From Eledone cirrhosa (taxonomy: Eukaryota): DNA of 64,000 nucleotides. The DNA lies in assembly GCA_964016885.1 (NCBI GenBank), contig OZ024740.1, positions 206,770,001 to 206,834,000 on the forward strand, read 5' to 3'. The notes beneath the pieces were generated by a model, which made no database searches, was not told the origin of the DNA, and was given only the letters and a program-made list of their open reading frames with translations. The position numbers and the translations under genes are program-made. Positions 53,810 through 64,000 of the stretch are shown here, piece after piece (position 1 is the first letter of the stretch; every line of letters begins with the position of its first letter).

Positions 53810-53891
53810 AGGAACGAGTAGGACCCCGACGGCTGAGCTCGAGCCGTGTCGAAACGGCTTGAGCTCAGCGGTCGGGGTCCTACTCGTTCCT
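53810..53891. repeat. GC-rich 38-bp-arm palindrome within (TA)n
   Basis: aggaacgagtaggaccccgacggctgagctcgagccgt-gtcgaa-acggcttgagctcagcggtcggggtcctactcgttcct. Confidence 0.92.
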
Positions 53892-53970
53892 ATTACCCAC
53901 TCTACTACCCTAAGTATTGAGTACTTTGGTTCGTTATGGTCCACCTGGTTCCTTACCACATTTCCATCGT

Positions 53971-56716
<2,746 letters not shown>

Positions 56717-56869
56717 CGTACTCAGTAACAGAGAAGACACGCCTTACCTAAATACATAGTAAAACCTACTACAGCCAGTAGGCATCTCTAACAAAATACA
56801 CCCCGTCCCACCACCACCCCCACCCCATCCACACCACCCCGTTCTATGTAAAGTTATGTTGGTGCCGCG

Positions 56870-57145
56870 CCATCCAGGCCGAAACAAATGAGATCGTGTA
56901 GGTGTCACGACAAAAAAACACACAGTCCACGCTGTAATGTGGCCGTGTAGGCAACACGGTAAAAACCTCCCAGACCCACACTGTAAATGTGGTTGGTGTT
57001 AGGAAGGGCATCCAACTGTAGAAAACCTGCCAGACAGTCCTATGCGAGCAAGACAATCACTCTTGCCTCAAGTGGGACTACCCCCGTCCAAACCCATGCA
57101 AGCGTGGAACACGGACGTTAAACGTTGATGATGATGATGATGATG

Positions 57146-57146
<1 letters not shown>
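56870..57146 (+). mobile_element. 3' part of SINE S2 with (GAT)n tail
   Basis: GGTTGGTGTTAGGAAGGGCATCCAACTGTAGAAA...CGTCCAAACCCATGCAAGCGTGGAA..GGACGTTAAA then (GAT)n. Matches 12646-12770. Confidence 0.8.
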
Positions 57147-58180
<1,034 letters not shown>

Positions 58181-58286
58181 ACTTTGAATAACTTTGAAAC
58201 TTTGAATAACTTTGAAATGTTTTGGCCAGTATTGGCCCAGGCCATGTCTAACTTAATAGCACCACCTGGCGAAGTCTTTCAATTCA

Positions 58287-61200
58287 GGATTTGGGCACCA
58301 TGGCCCATTCGAGAAGAGAATTACTGTTTGCGGAGACATATCCGGGTGTGGGTGGTTTGTCCGGGATTACTTGGAGGAATTTGTCCAAAGACTTCTTGAA
58401 TTTTGTGTGGTCAGTTTCTGTTTTGACGTGTCCTGGTGTGATGTTGAAGAGAGCAGGGCCGAGTGAGGTGAAATATTGTGCCGTATTGTTGTTTATGAGT
58501 TGCGATTTAGATTTTTGAATGGGACGGATAGCACGGGGCCCAAGCCTTGGGTGTATCTTGAAGGCGATGCCAACATCATTTGGGCAGTGATGATGGAACA
58601 TTTTCCACATCATGCAGATAATATAACGCTCACGGCGACGTTGGAGTGAGTAAAGTTCAGGTTTTCCAATCGACCCCAGTAGTCAAGGTCTGACATGCCA
58701 TCTATCTTTTTCGTGATTGCCCTTTGAGGAGCTTCAAGTTTCATGATACTTTGTTTCGTGTGGGGAGACCACAGTGGACAACAGTATTCAAGGTGTGGTC
58801 GGGCGAAAGTAGAGAAGAGAAGGATAATGGTGCGGGAATCTCTCGACTGGAAGGTTCTGAGGATCCAGGAACAACATTCTGCGGGCCATGTCAACTTTGC
58901 TGCTTATATGCGTGGGTCCAGCTTATGTTGCTGTCCACGGTTACTCCCAAGTCTCTGATGTTGTTAGATGCCACGAGAGTTTCCCCGGAGGGAAGGGAGT
59001 ACGGGAGTTTCAGAGCATCCTCTTTTCCAAAGTGGATCAGTTCGAATTTATCTTCGTTCAGTAACATGTTGTTCTTTCTGCCTCATTGGGTAACAGCCAG
59101 TAGGTCTGACTGAAGGCTTATCCGGTCATCCACGCCATTGATGACCTTTTGGAGCTTGGAATCATCAGCGAAAATTTTAATGTTGCTGTGTTTGATGATG
59201 TCAGTGATGTCATTATTATAGATGATGAAGAGAAGTGGGCCCAACACAGTGCCTTGTGGGACTCCACTACTTGCTTTGGCTGGGCTTGATTTGACTCCCT
59301 CAACTACAACATGTTGGGTTCTGTTTGACAGGAAGCTCTTGATCCACTGCAGCAGCTTTCCAGTGACACCAATATTTGGACAGCTTTCTCAGTAGAATGT
59401 TGTGATCAACCCCTGTCAAAGGCCTTGCTGAAATCAAGGTAGATAACATCAGTGTTGGAACCCTCTCTCCCAAGGCTCTCAAAATGTCATCAAAGTGATG
59501 CAGTAGTTGCGTCAGGCAATCCCTTCCATTAACGGAATCCATGCTGGTTGGAGTTCAGCATATTGTTACTCTCAAGGAAGTGGGTCATTCGCGATCTCAC
59601 CACTCGCTCAAATACCTTAATGATATGAGAGGTGAGTGAGATTGGACGGTAATTCACGGCAAGGGATTTGTTTCCCTTTTTGAAAAACTGGGACAACAGA
59701 CTGGGATAGAAGGTTTTTCTGGCACATATCCAGCATCCAGTGAGTTCCGCCACAGATTGGCAAGAGGAGAAGCAAGTTGGTGTTGACACGCCTTCAAGAC
59801 ACAAGCAGGGAACCTATCGGGACCTACTGCTGAATTATGCTTGATTTCCTTTATTGCCGCCAAGACATCAGGGGCGCCAAAACGTTATGTCCGATAAGGT
59901 GTAATGGGGAGTAACATCGCCGATACAGCCCAGATCGGCCATATCAGGATTGCTGAAAAACAGAGCAGTATTGTTTCTGCAGTATCTCACCCATGGTTTT
60001 TAGCATTGTCTTGAAGAGTGCCATTTTCATCAATTAGAGGGCCAACAGTAGAGCCAGTGATTTTGTGTTTTTTTGCAAATGAAAAGAACACTTTGGGATT
60101 GAGTTTGATCTTCTCAATGGCCAGGCCTCTTCAGCTCTTCTCTGATTGTTGATGAGGGACATTATGTTGTTTGGAGGTTATGTTTTTTTAAATCTCTAGT
60201 GATGAAATGGCAGTCAAGTTGATGTGTTGCTGCTGACAGTATTTCAGCTTGTTGATTTTTTTTGTTCGTTCTCTTAATTTTTCTGATGAGTGTTTTTTCT
60301 ATTTCTAGGGATTTGTTTATAGTTCTTAATGGGGTGTGTTTAGCACATATGTTTGTAACAGTGTCCACAAATGTCTGCCAGGACTTTTGATGTTAGTGGG
60401 TGTATGAGTGTGCGTGAAGGACCAGTCGACATGTGCAAGATCATGACTGATCGCTTCCCAGTTTGCATTGTGGAAATCCATAGCGTCAAACGGATGGACA
60501 GGAGAAATGACATTGGATTTGTATATTGGACGGTGGAAACTCAGATCACAGAGAACCATGTCATGATCAGAGAGTAGAGTTTTCTCACTGCAATATTGTG
60601 GATATTGTCAGTGTGATTGCTGAAAATTAAGTCTAGGACGTTTTTGTGGCACCTCGTTGGTTCGAGCACTAGTTGGGATAGGAAGAAATCATCCATGAAG
60701 TCAAGAAGCGATTCCACAGCTTCCCTGTCAGAGGTTGAGGCAGAAGAACCTGGTGGCAGGGTGTTTGTGGACCAGTCAACTCCGGGGAGGTTGAAGTCCC
60801 CCATCATCAAGATGTTGTCAGGGTGACACTCTTGGATGAAACACTTTATGCTGTTGAGGCATTCCTTGAAGCATGGTACAGGCGTTTGGGGTGGCCTATA
60901 GAGCCCCAACTACTAATAGGTTGTTGGTTTGACTGAATACAGTGACTGCCTCACAGTATCCATTAGTGAATATGTTCATAGCCTCTGTTGAGAAAGAATT
61001 ATGGACATAAATGGCAGTTCCGCCCTTTCTTCTGCCAGCGCGATCAGCACGGATGGCTTTGAAATTTTTCACTTTCACCTCGGCTTCCAAGTGGAGGTTA
61101 CTGAGATGGGTTTCAGTGAGGACGAAGAAAGGGATGTGGTTTGGATGGACATCAATCCAGTCCTCCAGGAATTTGATCTTCCATTTTTGAGTATTGGTGG

Positions 61201-61303
61201 AAGGGCTGATGCCTTGGGCGTTAAGCAAAAATGTAGAGGCGAGAGTGGATGGTTTTAATTGTTTTGGTGTGTTGTTAATTTGTTTGTTTGTTAATGGCAG
61301 CAA
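58287..61303 (-). pseudogene. CR1-clade ORF2 (APE-RT), many frameshifts
   Basis: More than 10 colinear fragments in the ORF track. Confidence 0.88.
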
Positions 61304-62455
61304 TGGAGTTTGTGCAGTGGGGTGATAGTGGAGGGTGGTGCTGGGTGATAGCTCGAATGTTTTTTTCCAGTTCTTTTGCCAGATTCATTATGGCTAAAAA
61401 AGAGGAAGAAGTTTCCTGTTTAGAAGACTGTTGGTGACTGTGGTAGTGGTTATTTTTATGTAGGTTATGGTTTTTGTTTTTGCTTTTATTTTTAATTTTA
61501 TTTTCATTTATCCGACGGGTCCCCGGGAGATGGGTAAAGGGACAATCCGGTCTAAACACAATCTGTCTCGCAGGGAAAAACGGCAGATTTGTGGATTCCT
61601 TGTTTGAGTTATTGGTGGTTGTGTTGGTGTTAAATTAGAGTATGTATTATGGTGGTGGCTGTTTGTGGGGATAGATCGTTTTGTCCTAGGTAAATGGGTG
61701 AATTTGCAGCCACTATCCGTACATATTCTATAGCGTAGAGAGTAGCGGCAAATGATGGGGTTTCGAGTGGGTGGGTATGTGGGTGTGGGTGTTGTGAGAG
61801 GTGTAGATGATGGTTTGGGTAGGATTTGACGACCTTTGTGGACTGTGGGAGGGAGAGTTCTTGTTCTGGTATTAGAAGGTAAATTCCTTGACATAGCAGT
61901 AGACAAAAATGTTGTAGTAGTAGTAGTAGTAGTAGGCAGAGATGTTGGCAGTGGTGATGATTGGACTGCTGGGCCAGAGAAGGGATGTGGCGTTTCATGC
62001 TGTGAGACAGAGGCCACTGGGGGGTCAATAGTTTCATTTAGTAGATCGGCCATTGTTGATGAATCAAGGAGTGGTTCACACTGTTGTTGTCGTTGTTGTT
62101 GTTGTTGTTGCTGTTGTTGTTGTTGTAGCTGTTGTTGTTGTTGTTGCTGTTGTTGTTGTTGCTGTTGTAGCTGCTGTTGTTGTTGTTGCTGCTGCTGGAC
62201 AGCATTCGAAGAGAAAACACACCGTAGTTTATCCAAATGTTTATTGATTAATTTAAAAGCAATTTCGATTTGCTTTAATTTATTTTGAATCTGTTGTTCA
62301 GATCGAGTTTTCAAAAATTGAACTGTACGTTTAGCAATGTCGTTCAGAGATGAAGCATCTATATTTTCTGTTTGGGAAAGGCAATGCCATGTGTTTATTA
62401 GAATGTCGATTTCATTATCAGACCAGTTCTGTTTGGATTTTTGCTGGTTAGCCAT
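61275..62455 (-). CDS. CR1-clade ORF1: Myb/SANT-like N-terminus, polyQ, Thr/Pro linker, two CCCH zinc fingers (one frameshift at ~61555)
   Basis: NWSDNEIDILINTW..RSEQQIQNKLKQI; CRYSLRYRICTDSGCKFTH; CRFSLRDRLC/FRPDCPFTH. Confidence 0.7.
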
Positions 62456-62467
62456 TCTAGTTTTGAG

Positions 62468-62833
62468 TGTGTGTGTGTTTTAGTTAAGTATTTCAATATA
62501 TATATATATTTTTTTTTTTTAAAATTTATTTTTGATTTATTTTTGTTTTTTGTTTTTCTTGTGTGTGAGTGAGAAGCGTATATATATAAATATGAGTATA
62601 TATATATATATATATGTATATTCTGGTTATTTGAAATTAATTAAGTTAATGAAAAGACGAAAGTATATAATAATAATTTGTAGTTAAAGGAAAATGTACT
62701 CACAAGTTCGTGTGTGTGTGTTTTAGTTAAGTATTTCAATATATATATATTTTTTTTTTAAAATTTATTTTTGATTTATTTTTGTTTTTTGTTTTTCTTG
62801 TGTGTGAGTGAGAAGCGTATATATATAAATATG

Positions 62834-62866
<33 letters not shown>

Positions 62867-63120
62867 TCTGGTTATTTGAAATTAATTAAGTTAATGAAAA
62901 GACGAAAGTATATAATAATAATTTGTAGTTAAAGGAAAATGTACTCACAAGTTCGAAAACACGTGGTTTCAAATATATAATAATATAGATGTATGAAAAA
63001 TGTATTAACCGGTCAATTTTCAAATATATAATAATATAGATGTATGAAAAATGTATTAACCGGTCAATTTTCAAATATATAATAATATAGATGTATGAAA
63101 ATGTATTAACCGGTCAATTT
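62468..63120. repeat. Tandem repeats in the CR1 5' UTR: ~245 bp x2 and 51 bp x3
   Basis: 62468-62709 is repeated at 62710-62955. tttcaaatatataataatatagatgtatgaaaaatgtattaaccggtcaat occurs three times. Confidence 0.9.
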
Positions 63121-63228
63121 TTGTTTGTTTGGTTTTGTCTTGTGGTTTTGTTTTGTGGCTGTGTGACTTGCTGCTTACTCGGGGAGAGAAGTAAAAACAC
63201 GTCCTTATACTTCAACTGCTCAACTGCT

Positions 63229-64000
<772 letters not shown>

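Overview
Repeat-dominated animal genomic DNA. The SINE types and microsatellite content suggest a cephalopod (octopus-like) genome; this is inference, not verified. One host gene is supported: a 3-exon minus-strand gene (51116->44347) encoding a secreted ~1407-aa protein of 37 tandem ~37-aa six-cysteine modules (pacifastin-like / N-terminal half of VWC). Just 3' of it is a ~23-kb pile-up (19947-43340) of ten retroelement insertions in one (AAT)n microsatellite. R4/Dong-type RT+RLE elements always lie on the + strand; Tx1-type (L1 clade) elements and a tRNA-derived SINE always lie on the - strand, and the SINE tail matches the Tx1 3' end. The full-length Dong and Tx1 copies, from unrelated clades, share a 5'-terminal motif containing a splice donor, and each has a downstream acceptor, suggesting a retained 5'-UTR intron. 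All three long Dong-A copies share one frameshift between RT and endonuclease. Also present: a second Tx1 family (1-3480), a full-length CR1-clade LINE whose ORF1 looks Myb/SANT-polyQ-CCCH (58180-63228), Penelope remnants with hammerhead cores and fold-backs, Helitron-like elements, RTE-derived short elements, a 7.7-kb (CAC/CAG)n array and multi-kb (TA)n tracts. Most long ORFs in the supplied track are microsatellite artefacts. All alignments were done by eye and no database search was run.
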